DNA from: Coniocarpon cinnabarinum
Taxonomy: Eukaryota
Reading direction: 5' to 3'
Length of the DNA stretch: 40,542 bases
Assembly: GCA_051942205.1 (NCBI GenBank)
Contig: JAVECO010000078.1
Coordinates: forward strand, 62,001 to 102,542
Shown here: positions 21,891 to 35,019 of the stretch, piece by piece
Numbering within the stretch: the stretch's first letter is position 1
Layout: each line of letters begins with the position of its first letter
The notes under the pieces: model-generated
What the model was told of the DNA's origin: nothing
The model's input: the letters and a program-made list of their open reading frames with translations, nothing else
Databases searched by the model: none
Position numbers and translations under genes: made by a program

Positions 21891-24800
21891 TAATAATTTC
21901 TTTCTTTTATAAAGAAGGTAGCTTAAAGAATAGCTCTATTAATATATAATAGTTCTTATCTATTTATAATATAGTATTTATTAGTAGAAATAGACCTAGA
22001 ACTACTATATAAAAAAATAATATTAAAAGATAAGCCTTCTATACTTAATAAATATATTATAAGTATATATACTATATATAAAAGCCTTTTAAAAGAGTAT
22101 TAATTATTAGAACTTAAATATAAGGTTAAATATTTTAAATTCAATAATATACCTAATATACGCCTTATAGATAGAGTATCTATAAATAATATATTATATA
22201 ATAATATAATATATACTCTTTTTAGAGTTTTATATTCTAAGCTACTATTAAAATATATTAGCTTAAATTTATATAAGTACTAAGAGTTTATATATATTTA
22301 TAAGGTCTTTTTTAAGTTATACTTTAAAATCTTTTATTAGCAAAAGTTAGGATGGATTAGACTTATTAGCGCTAGATTAGGTTCTTCTAATCTATCTAAT
22401 CTACCTATAATCTATCCCTAATTTATTACCTCTAGATTTTTTGCTTTGCTATACTATTATTTAAAAAGGCAAAAATTAGTAATAATTATACTATACTTAT
22501 TATATTCTATAATAATTATAGGCGCTAGATATATATATATAAAGTTAGAGCTTATTATAAGCTAGTAGGCGTATAAAAGTTATATACTACTTTAAATAGT
22601 TAGTTTTGCTCATTATACTATATATAGAGGTCTTAGTAGTATATTTTAGTATTAAACTAACTCTAAATTCTAGTTAATTTTTAAAAGGTATAAAATATAT
22701 AATTAATAGATCTCTAGTAAAATAAAAAATATTCTTTTTAGAATAACTTTTAGCGCTTAGTCTAAGTAATATTATACTAATTATAGTAAAGATAATAATA
22801 ATAATTATTATTACTTAGAATAAATATATAAAGTTAATATAAAAGTAACTATTATTAGTATTACTTTATATATAAAGTTAATTAGCTTTAGTTAGTAGTA
22901 TTAGTATATAGAGTATAGTATTAAAGGCCTATATCCTCTCTTTATTTAATAGTATTTAAATATTACTTAATTTTTTTATAGGTATCTACTATAGTATAAA
23001 CTTTACTATACCTACTAGTATAATAATAACTATATTATATATTTATGTATAGTAGTTATAAACTAATATTCTTAATATAATATATCTATCTTTTTATTAA
23101 CTATAGTTATAGTAAAGAAATAAGAATAATACTTAGATATCTAAAAAGAGAATATAAAGATATTAGCTTTATTATAAGCTATATTATTATAGCTTATACT
23201 TTTTTATTTTACTAGTAATATTTACTATTAAGTTAGACCTTTATATAATATTATTACTTTTCTTTTAATAAACCTAGCTTTTAAAAAAATATACTTAATA
23301 TTTATATATATCCCTTAGCTCTATTTTAATTATTATTTATAAAAGATATTATTTTAGATAATCTATAGTATAGGTTTCTTAGATAATTATTATATTATTC
23401 TAAGAACTTACTATTATTATAGTAGTACTTCTTATTTATACACGCTTTTAAAAGACTAAATATATAGACTTTAAACTAAATAGAAAAAAATTAATCTAAG
23501 CTTTTAAATAATTAATTTATAAGCTAAATATACTTATATACTTATATAAATAATAATAATTGCTATTATTAAAATAGTACTTAGCTTAGTATTTAACTTA
23601 ATATTTAATTTAAGAGGTTGCTATTATAAATATAAGATATATCTAATACCTCTCTATAAATAATTATATCTTAGATTAATATAAGCGCTTCTTAGTCTCT
23701 AAAAGATCTTATAGTAAGTTCTTTATATTATATATATTATTTCTATACTATACTATAATATTAAAGATTTAATTTTTAACTTAAAAATACTATATATAGC
23801 TATATAGATATCTAAAAGCTATTAATAGTATAGCCTACTTACTAGAAAATAAGAATTAAAGTAATTACTAAAAACTTATAAAAAAGATATAGGAACCTAG
23901 TCTATAAGCAATTAGTTAAAGAGCTAGCTATTATTATATAGTTATATATATACTTATAGTTATAAGCTATATAATAATTAGTATTATTACTATAGTTTTT
24001 AATTTAGTATTTAATTTAGTATTAGTCTTAAAAGGCGCTACTTTTATAAATATAAGACATATTAACGCTTCTATAATATTATTATAGTTAATATCTTATA
24101 AGATTATAAGCTAATAGTAGTAGATTTTATAGATTATACTATTCTATAGTATACTATTCTATTAATAACTTAATTTTTAACTTAAATATACTATATAAAG
24201 CCTTACTAAGTCTAAATAAATACCTCTAAGTAACTAATAGTATAACTATTCTACTATATATCTTAATAAGAGAAGTATAGGTAAGTACTATATATTCTTT
24301 ATTTTACTAAAGATTAAGTAATAATAGATTTACTATATAAATAGTAGAGTAATAATAAAGTAATATTACATATTATTATTACTATCTTATTAAGTCTAAT
24401 TTAAAGACCTATATTATTTATAGTATAATTACTTAGTAAATAAAAAAATTAGACTACTCTATCTTTTAAAAAAAATTATATTATTATATATTCTAAGATA
24501 AGCTTTTACTTATTAATTTATTTATCTATATACTATATCTATATATATATAATAGTAATTTATAGTTAATATTATACTTAAAAAAGCTATATAGACAATT
24601 GTAGAGTTATTATAAAATAAAGATCTATTAATCTAGAGTATATAAGATTATAAAGATAATACTAAGCCTACTATTTTTATAATACTACTTATTATTAATA
24701 TTACTCTATATATAAAGTTAATTAGCTTTAATTAGTAATTTTAGTATATTAAGTATAGTATTAAAAGTTTAAGTTCTTTATCTTTATTTAATAGTACCTA

Positions 24801-27800
24801 AATATTTCTTATCTTCTTATACTTAGGTATTTAATATAATATAAACTTAGCTATATTTTATAGTTAAGGTAGTAGTTAGATTATATAATTTTTTATTATA
24901 AGTATAAAAGATATGATTTACTCTATATTTTAACTTTTTTATTAACTATATCTATAGTAAGTTCTAGACAATATTATTAATCTAAAAAAATATAGATATC
25001 TCTAGTATAATTATAAGCTATATTAGTCTTATTTATACTTTTCTTTTTTATTAGTAATATTTATTATTAAGCTAGGCCTCTATATAATATTATCGCTCTT
25101 TTTTTAAGAAAGCTAGTATCTAGAAAGTATATTTCATGTCTATATATATTCTTTTATTAGCTTATAATTCTTTATTTTAAGTAATATTACTCTAAATATA
25201 GATATAAAGAATTACTAGATAGTTATAAAAAGATTAATAAAGCCTAGTATTATCTTATAGTTATATATATACTTTTAGTAGTTAGCTATATAATAACTTA
25301 TATCTTTGCTATAGTTATTAACTTAATATTTAGTTTAGTATTAATATTAAAAGACCTTACTTTTATAATAAAAGGTAATTATAATAACGCTTCTTTAATA
25401 TTACTAGAGTTAATACCTTAGATTTTAGTAACTTTCTTTATATTATTTAAGTCTTTAATTAACTCTAAATTTAAGTTAAATCTAGAGAGCTACTATATAT
25501 ATACTAAATAAAGTAGGAATTAAAAGGTTATAGAATAATAATATTATATTAACTATAAAAATAATAATAGTAATACTTATTATTACTTAAAAAAGAATAT
25601 ATAAAGTTAAAGTAAAATATATACTTAACTAGTAGTTTTCTTAGTAGTATAAGGCGTCTATATTCTTCTAGTTTATATTATAGTAATACCTTTATAATAA
25701 TTAAAGAGAATTTATGTTAGATAGTATAATAGAGTTATAATTTTATTTATTTTAAGTCTTCTATTATATATTTTATATATTATTATTAAGATAGCGTCTT
25801 AAAATATTATAGTATCTTTTTTATCTTTTTTAAATACTTAGGTATTTAAGTAAAGACTAATTATCTAAATAATAGTAGAAGAATATAATTTACTCATTAA
25901 AATAGAGTATAATTCTTTCTTATATAAAGTAGAAGAATTTTATAAGATAATATTAATACTACTATCTTTACTATTAAAGGTAATACTAATCTATACTAAT
26001 AATTAGCTTTTTAGATAATATTATCTTTATCTTAATTACTTTATATTCTATTATTATTATAAGAGCTATAAAGCTCTTTACTACTATAATAAAATTAATA
26101 TACGTACTATAAAAAACTATAGAGTTAAAAACTACTAAAAGCGTAGTAAGCTTTCTATAACCTATATTATATATATTAGCTTTTATACTTTTTTACTTTT
26201 TTTCTTTACTTATAAAGAAAGTATATAGTATAGACAACTAGGTATATATATATAGTTTCTATCTTATATAGCTATCTATTATTACTTAGTAATAAAACTT
26301 AATATAATAATAGAAAGAAAGTATCTAAGTTCTATAGTTAAGTCTAAATTTAGCTTAACTTTATTATTACTATAGTAGTATAGATTATTATTATTTTTAT
26401 AGATTATAATTATTAGTTATATAGTAGTAATCTTTAATACCCTTAAATCTAAAAAGATATTAAGCTTCTTTTAGGTTATAATACTATAGGACGCTCTTAT
26501 ACTATAAAGACTAATTATAACTATATAAGGTCTAGTAGTATAGGCGATATTATATATATTATATCTATCTATAGCTATAATTTATAATAAATATTATTAC
26601 TAAGAAAGCTAAATAGAAGACTCTATATTTATTAAAGAATAAAAACCTTATTAATAAGAGTATATAAAATTTTTAGGGTTATATTTAATTACCTTTACTT
26701 AAAGTAGTACTTATCATTAATATTACTTTATATATAGACTTAAATTAGCTTTAGTTATTAATTCTAGTAGATAGAGTATACTATTAGATATTAGATTTTT
26801 CTTATAATATTACTTTAATAATATTAATATTTTCTTATCTAGTAGCTTAATACTTAAAGCTTTATTATACTTAAAGTATAAGTATACTTTCTAGTAAAGG
26901 TAATTACTAAAATATATATTATATCTAGCTATAGTTATAAATAGATATTATATATTTAATATATTTACCTTTATATTAACTATAGTTATAGCAAGATAAT
27001 AAAAAATAACTATAAAAAGATATAGATATTATTAATATAATTAAACCTATATTTATATAGATTATACTTTCTTTACTATAGGTAATATTTATTATTAAGC
27101 TAGGCTTATATATAATATTATTGTACTATATATAATAAGTATAATAATAAGATAAATATTAATAGTATAGTAGTAAAAGTATAGTATTATATATTATTAT
27201 TATTATACTATTATATTTAATTTAATATACTCTATACTATCTATAGTATAATTACTTAAAAGGTTTTAAAAAAGCTACTTAGATTATAGTAGAACTTTTA
27301 AAGAATACTAGCTTATTAAGCTAAAGTAAGTAATATTATTAAAATAATATTAAGGTAATAGCTAGCTTACTAAACCTATAATAGTACTTATTATTAATAT
27401 TACTTTATATAAAAAGTAAATTAACTCTAATTAAAAGTTTTAATATATAGAAATAGTATAAAGACTTTAAATTCTCTATTTTACTTAATAGCTTTAACTA
27501 TTTTTTTACCTAATAGTATAAGGTTTAAATATCTATTATAATATAAGTCTAACTATACTTCCTACTAAAGATAGTAGCTATAGTACGTTATTCTTTACTA
27601 TAAGTATATATAGATATCTTATACTTAATACATCTACTTTTTTATTAACTATAGATATAGTAAAGAAAGTATAATTAGTACTTATAAATAAAGAAAGATA
27701 CTATTATCTTTAGTATTATTATAAATAAAAATAATATAGGCTATACTCTCTTTTTAATAAAGGGTAATATTTATTATTAGTAGAGCCTTTATATAATCTT

Positions 27801-28720
27801 ATTACCTTTTACTAAGTAAGTCTAGTATCTTAAAAAGCCTATATAGCGTTTATATATATCTTTAGTAAGCTTTTATAAGATATAAAAAAGCTACTTTAAA
27901 TAGTATATAGTAATATCTTCTTTATAGAATTTCTATTATACTATTTATATTTATATATATAATATTTAAATAGGTTAATATCTTATTATCTAGTAAATAA
28001 GAGTATAGCTACTAGTCTATAAATCTTATATAGTACTTAAAGATATTTTATAGATATAAGTCTAAAAATTCTTTATATTTAGAAGTTTACTTTAAAAAAA
28101 TATTTTTTAAAAAATTAGGTTATATTTATAAATATATATTAAAAATAGAATAGAAGTAATATTTAAAGAATATTTAAGTAATAGTAATTTATATATTAAA
28201 TAGTAATAGGTATTATTATTACTATTATATATATTTATTTTAAATATACTATTAAAATAGGTTTAACTATAGTAAGTTTTACTTATTCTCTTACTTAAAA
28301 GGTTTATATAACTTTAATATAAGTAGTTGATATATATTAGAAATATTAAAATTATTAGTAAAGCTTTTAAAGTACCTATCTTATAAGTTATATAATAGCT
28401 TTTATATATTCTTATACTATACTAGATAATTATTTAAAAGACCTTACCTACTTATAGTTATCTTTTTTTTTATATATACTACTTTAAGGTTAACAAAATA
28501 TAAGTATATTAAAATAAGAGATAGATTAAATATAAGCCTATAAGCGCCTAAGGTATATATATTTTTAGTAAGAGGCTTAGATAATAATTAGCATCTTTAC
28601 TACTATTATTAGCTTAGTATCTAACTTAATATTAATCTTAAATAGTCTTAGTCTTATAAATATAATATATATTTTATACTTCTTAGATTAAAAATTTTAT
28701 TATTATTTTTTATAATAGTA

Positions 28721-29243
28721 TATTACGCTGAACCCTATTAGTAGTATATTAGTTACGTGCACTTGCAATAAGGTACGCTAATGTACTAGACCTTAACATA
28801 TTAATACGCGTTTATCTTTAGGGCCTTATATATATTAGTTATATAACCCTAAAAGAAAGGGACCTCCTAAATATTAGGCCCTTAATTAATATTAGGGGTA
28901 TAATATATTTATTTGTACCTTAGTCTATATAGTTTAATAGTAAGCCTACCTCTCTCTTAAGCTTAATATTATTCTAATTTAGATTTAACCTAACTTATAG
29001 TTAAGACTTATAACTTAAATACTTAATAGTTATAATATACTAGTACTTTCTTAAGTAGATATACTACCTATTAGATATCCTTTACCTAAAGCTATATAAT
29101 ATATATATTAGTTATTTTTCTATTTACTATATTTATTAGTACTATTCTCTATAACTTACCTTATTAGCCTAAAGCCCTTGCTACAAAGCGGACTCTACTC
29201 TACTAGACTAACCCTAGGTAGAGGTTTCCTTATAGGCGTTACA
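28721..29243. mobile_element. Solo LTR (523 bp) with 5-bp TSD TAGTA, inserted in the repeated-domain relic
   Basis: TAGTA|TATTACGC...GCGTTACA|TAGTA, where the left TG was mutated to TA. The interrupted repeat module resumes after 29248. Confidence 0.8.
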
Positions 29244-29905
29244 TAGTATCTATATATCTTTTTTATATACTCTACTATAATATATATTATTAACTTAAGT
29301 CTTAACTTAAATATACTATATAAGGTTATATAAGCCTTAAAAAGACGCTTTTTAGTAATTAATAATATAAAGCCTTTAATAAAAACTATATTATAGAGGT
29401 CTTAAGAAGTACTATAGGTTATTTAGCTTCACTTAAGGTTAAGTAATAATAAGATACTAGACTATAGAATAGTAGTAGAATAGTATTATATATTATTATA
29501 GTTACCTTATTAAGTTTAATTTAGTATATCTAGTACTATATATAGTATATAATTACTTATAGAAGGCTTAAACTATACTATCTTTAGTATACCCTTAACT
29601 ATACTCTATAGTTTAAGTTTTCTAATACTATAACTAGAGTTAGTTAGTTATATATATATTACGCCTATTTTATATACTACTATATTTCTACTACTTAAGT
29701 TTATAAAATATAAAGTATAGTATACCCTATAATTAGATACTAATATACTAGTAGTTATAAATCTTAGTTAGAATTTAGATAATATTAAAGTTACTAGCTT
29801 TATAAACTTAGTAGATATATAGAGTATTAAGCTATCTTTCTATTACCTTGTTTATTACTTATTTCTACTTAATTTTTAAATATTATTAAAATTTAGTTAA
29901 GTGAC

Positions 29906-30010
29906 CTACTTTATTTATTTATATACTTATTTTATTTATTTATATATTTGCTTTATTTATTTATATACCTAGTTTATTTATCTATCTACCTACTTTATTT
30001 TTTTACATAT
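29906..30010. repeat. 21-bp tandem repeat x5
   Basis: ctactttatttatttatatac / ttattttatttatttatatat / ttgctttatttatttatatac / ctagtttatttatctatctac / ctactttatttttttacatat. Confidence 0.85.
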
Positions 30011-31110
30011 TATCTTAGAATATTTATAAGTTTACTATTTAATATACTAGGCTTATCTTTAGATATACTTATAGTTTAGCTATATTTTTTATATTTTAAG
30101 TTAGTACTAGCTTAGAAAGCGCTATAGCGTACTAGCTAATACTTTTAAAGCTCTAATATTATATAGCTAATTTTTATAATATATTTAGGTATAAATTTTA
30201 TATAAATACTAGTAACTATTATATATAGTATTTATTATTACTTATCTTTTATAAAAATAGTTATATTATAGATTTTATAGTAGTAGTAATAAATACTATA
30301 AGATTCTATATACTAAAGTATATAGTATCTATAGATTTTTATACTATTTAGGTTATATACTAATAAGTATATAAGAAAATTATTTAATACTACCTTATAC
30401 TTATTATAATAATATCTAAAAACTAACTTATATAGCTTTATAATTAATCTAGTAGTAATAGCCCTAATATATAGAATCTATAGCTTTATCTTATTTAGAA
30501 AAGTATTCTAACTTTTTAACTTATTAATAAAAAATAGAAATATTTAGTTTTTCTAGATTATATAGTAATATATAGAATTTAAATAGTTTTAGAGTAATTT
30601 TTTTATCGCTAATTTTAACTTATCTATATTAAAGATATCTAGTTTTAAGATAGTATTACTTATAAGATTATAATTATTCTATTAAGCGTCTTTTTTATAG
30701 ATCTATACTAGGTTCTTAAGTACTCTATCTTCTATCTCTAGCTCTAGTATAATAAACTTTATAAATATTCTTTATATTTTAGTCTTATTTTACTTAAATA
30801 TCTTATAATAGGCTTTTATATAATTATTTTAATTATAGCTAGTAAGTTTAAAAAAGCTATTAGCTTTAAGCTTATTAATAAATTATTTTAATTTTAGTAG
30901 AATTATAGTAAGTAAATTACTATCTATATTATATTATGTAATCTTTAATATTATATTAGTCTATCTAACTACTATAACTAGTTTAGTAGAACTAATAGCT
31001 TTAATATTTATTATTATAGTCTCTATTATACTAGTTCTATTACTATTATAAGATAATTACTAGCTATTACTATTTAATTAATTATTACTTAATTATATAT
31101 AAGCCTTATA

Positions 31111-31242
31111 TTTACTTAATATTAGTAGCTAATAGTATATAAAGGCCTAGTACTTAATAGCCTCTTTATATTTATATTTACTTAATATTAATAGGTACTA
31201 GTATATAAAGGCCTAAAATTTAATAGCCTTTTTATATTTACA
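31111..31242. repeat. 66-bp tandem duplication x2
   Basis: tttacttaatatt...tagtatataaaggccta...ttaatagcct.tttatattta.a occurs at 31111-31176 and 31177-31242. Confidence 0.8.
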
Positions 31243-32243
31243 TTTAAAGACTATCTAAAGCTAAGCTATATAAACTAAAAGACTTAAGTTTATAAAAAAA
31301 GTATAGTAGTTTAGATAAGTAAGTAAGATAGTTATATTAATAAAAGAGTCTATAATTAATTCTTAAGGCTTAGTTAATATAGTCTTTACTTAAGTTAAAT
31401 AGATAATAAGATAAAAGATAGAAAGGCTTTTTTTTTATTTTTACTATATTAGCTAGTAAGCTTTATTTTTTACCTAAAGTAAAGTTAGTATTACTACTAT
31501 TATTTTTATATTAGATATAACCTAATTTATATTCTTTATATTTAATAGCGTATTGAGTATAAAATCTTAATAAACTTATATAATACTATAGGTTTAAGAC
31601 TATTAGAGTTTAGTAGATATATATTTTTATTATATTTACTAGTAAGTTAGAGTTAAAAGCTAAGTTATAATATATATTTAATATAGCCTATATACTTTAG
31701 TATAATTAAATACTAACTAAAAGAAGTAGTCTCTTACTATAACTAGTAATAATACTTATAATAAGTAGCTATCTATAATAATATAAAATAAATAAAATAG
31801 TAATATAGTAGTAATATAGTAGTAGTATATAAAGTATTATATTATTTTACTATTATTCTATTATTTACTAGAAATATAGATATTTAATATTTACTAATAA
31901 TTAAAAGAGTTTTAGAATTTTAATATATAGGTTAATACCTAACTATATAAGATAAATATTATATTTATAATCTATTTTATAATAATTATATTAAATTTAG
32001 TTCTTACTTACTTATTATATAGTTATCTAAACTTTTAGTATATTTACTTTTTAATACTATTATTAATTTTTCTTTATTATCTTCTTTAATTTATTAAGCT
32101 TATATATTTAATTCTTCTATATAGAGCCTATTATAGCTTTTACTAATATATATACTTACTACCTATATAAGTAATTAAGTTAGAAGGCTTATTCTTAGGT
32201 AATAGTTAGAATGAAAGATTATAATAGTAATAATAACTATAAG

Positions 32244-32675
32244 TGTTACGGCGCTAACATAAACAAGGCTAGAGTGTTCTTACGAACTTCCTATTATAGG
32301 AAGGGCCTATACGCCATAATATTAGGATAGGGCAGAAGAAAGGCCTTACGCCTCTAGAGCCTAGGGCCTTAATAGATAAGTAAAAAGGCTATACTAGCTA
32401 AAGGCCTTACTACCTATACTTATTTATATAAGATAAAATTATCTATATAGCTAGACTAATAGACTACCTAATAGAATAGTAGTCTACTAACTTATACTAT
32501 AGTTTAAATATACTTTATTTATACTAAGTTATAAGCTTTATATATTACTAAAACCCCTTATTTTTAATCTAAATAAGACTTAAGAGCGAGTCCTTTAGCT
32601 TTAGAACCTCTAGCTCTCTTTCTAACTATATTATAAAAGAAAGCTACTAAAGAATTACCCTAACTCTACGTAACA
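32244..32675 (+). repeat. 5' LTR (432 bp) of the chromovirus
   Basis: TGTTACG...CGTAACA perfect 7-bp inverted termini, followed by a PBS-position sequence and then gag. Confidence 0.85.
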
Positions 32676-32719
32676 CTTTAGTAGACTCTAGAAAGAGACT
32701 AAGTTCTATTATAATTAGG

Positions 32720-33560
32720 ATATCTACTATATTAGAACTAACCTTACACTGTTCCTAGGCTTAGTCCTTAGAGGATAGGTAAATTAATTAAGTAACTATA
32801 GTAGTAATATTAGTATTAGGTAATATATTAAACGTTAATATTAAGATAAAGGATACCTTTAATAGAAATTATAAGAAACTAACTTTATTTCTTTTAAAGC
32901 TTAAATTTATATTTAAGGTTAATAAAGATAGGTTTATTAATAAACCTATCTTAGTAGTATTTACTATAACCTATCTTAAAGAAGATACTATAAAGTAGTT
33001 TAAGTTTTATATAGAGGATTACCTCTATAAACTAACTAATTAGTATTTTAATAAAACTAATAAGCTTTTTAAGAGTTACTTATACTTTAAGTAAGAACTA
33101 CTTAAGATATATAGAGATTAAGATAAGAGTTATACTATAGTACGTAAGATTAAGTATCTCTAATAAACTAGCTTAGTAGTAAAATATATAGCTAAATATC
33201 TCTAGTATTTAATAAGAATAGGATAGAATTAAAAGCTACTTATAGATATATTCTATAATAGACTTAAGAATTATATTAAAGAGAAAATTAATAATCTTAC
33301 TAAGTTTAATAACCTTAAGGATATAATAGAAAAATGCTAACTTATTAATAGACGTAACTATAAATAATAGTTAAAAAAGAAAGAAACTAAATTTTCTAGA
33401 TTCTAAGAATCTATTAAACTAGATAATTAAGAAGATCCTATAGAACTTAATATAATAACTTTATATAGAAAACTTACTTATTAAGAGCAAGAACACTATA
33501 TAAAGAATAAACTCTATCTATACTACAGCAAACTAGGATACTAAGTTAATTAATACTAAT
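32720..33560 (+). pseudogene. gag: RIPped gag with CCHC zinc knuckle
   Basis: De-RIP reading gives DTFDGNHKKL..FL, AMTYLKEDA.KWF, DPMELD, and LCLYCGKPGHQVNQC at 33512-33556. Confidence 0.85.
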
Positions 33561-35019
33561 AGAAGAAATCTACTAATAAAATTAGTTAATTAAAGAAACC
33601 TTAATAATAAATCTATATACTTAATTTATAACTTAATTTAACTAGGCAAGAGGTACTAGCTATAGTTAAATCTAAGGTTATAAGTAACCTTACTCTCTTT
33701 ACCTAGACTTTAGAAATTATTAAAAAGGCAATAGACCTACTTATAAATTATAAAATAAACCTATAGAAAATATAGAAGATATATAAGCAAATAAAATAGA
33801 ACTAATAGGATATTAAAGAACTTTAAGATTACCTTAAGTAATAGTAAGAATAGGATTTTCTAAATAAATTACTAAATATAATTAAAAGATAACCTTATAC
33901 TATACCTATAAAACAATTTTATACAATTAAAAAATAATTAAAGGTACTAAAGAAAGTAGAAAAGATTAAACCTACTAAGCTTTATAGTCTATACTTAGAA
34001 ATATTAAAGAACCTTAGATTACTAGAATAAAACTAGAAAAGCTAGTATAGGTATATTTAGAACCTAACGCTAGAATAATAAAGCAAGTTCTAGGATAGGT
34101 TCACTAATTAGAACAAATCTAAAGGAATGTCTTAAGAAGATATTACTAATATATAATAAGGCTAGGATTCTTATAAGTAGAACTTATCTCTAAGAATACA
34201 AACACTAGCCAAAGAACTAGAATATTTAAAATTATCTTAAATAGAATATTATAATAACGCCTATAAGATTTATATCTTAGACAAATAAGGTATAGAATAG
34301 TTTCTATAACGTTCTTAGAAATATACCTTTATAGCGATTAAACGCGCCTTAACGCCCTTTCTACCTAAATCTTAGACTTAGACAGGTAACTTATTATATA
34401 ACAAATCTTAGGTACTTAGTTAGCTTAAATCTAAAGCGCTATACTAAGAACTTTAAGTAGACGATACTAAATTAGAAGCTAGTAATAATAATAGAAGCTC
34501 TAGCTCTAAAAGTAAGCATATAATAGAGCACAATATTATAAAATAACACTAGACTAGTATACTTTAGAGACTTTATACTATTACCTTTTATAAGAGTAGG
34601 CGAAGCATAGAGTATAAACTAGATAATTTCTAGGAGTATATTAGGAAACGCCTATAGAATCTTATTAATTATATAATTAGTATATTTTAGCTAAAACACA
34701 AGTATAATATAAATAGTCTAATATATATTAGCCTATTAATATATTAAATTATAACTCTAAATAGTTAGAAAATCACTATCTTAGAATAAAGAGAAATTTA
34801 ATGTTAACTTAAGCTAACTAGAATCTACCTATTAATATCTTTTCTAGGATAACTTAGAAGTAAGTAGCGCCTCCTTAATAGTTTAATTTAATTATACGCT
34901 TAATAAACTAGATAAATCCTCTTCTATCCTTAATATTTAGATAAAGAAGAGAGAGGCTAGACTTAGATATTATAATAGTAGGATTATTTAATCTAAATAT
35001 ATTAACTATTATTATTTAA

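Larger units (their letters stand above)
22450..32200 (-). pseudogene. Large RIP-destroyed coding region of unknown identity with internally repeated domains
   Basis: Four copies each of two modules, codon-length tandem repeats (21 and 66 bp), and long protein-like minus-strand frames whose stops are TAA/TAG. Boundaries are approximate and the region may be more than one gene. Confidence 0.6.

Noticed and set aside
22845..27860. Module A as an NRPS adenylation/condensation domain or Ulp1 protease; module B as an integrase zinc finger
   Set aside because: Isolated look-alike motifs (YTGD, NHW, CxxC) appeared in single copies or in inconsistent frames and were not conserved across the four copies.
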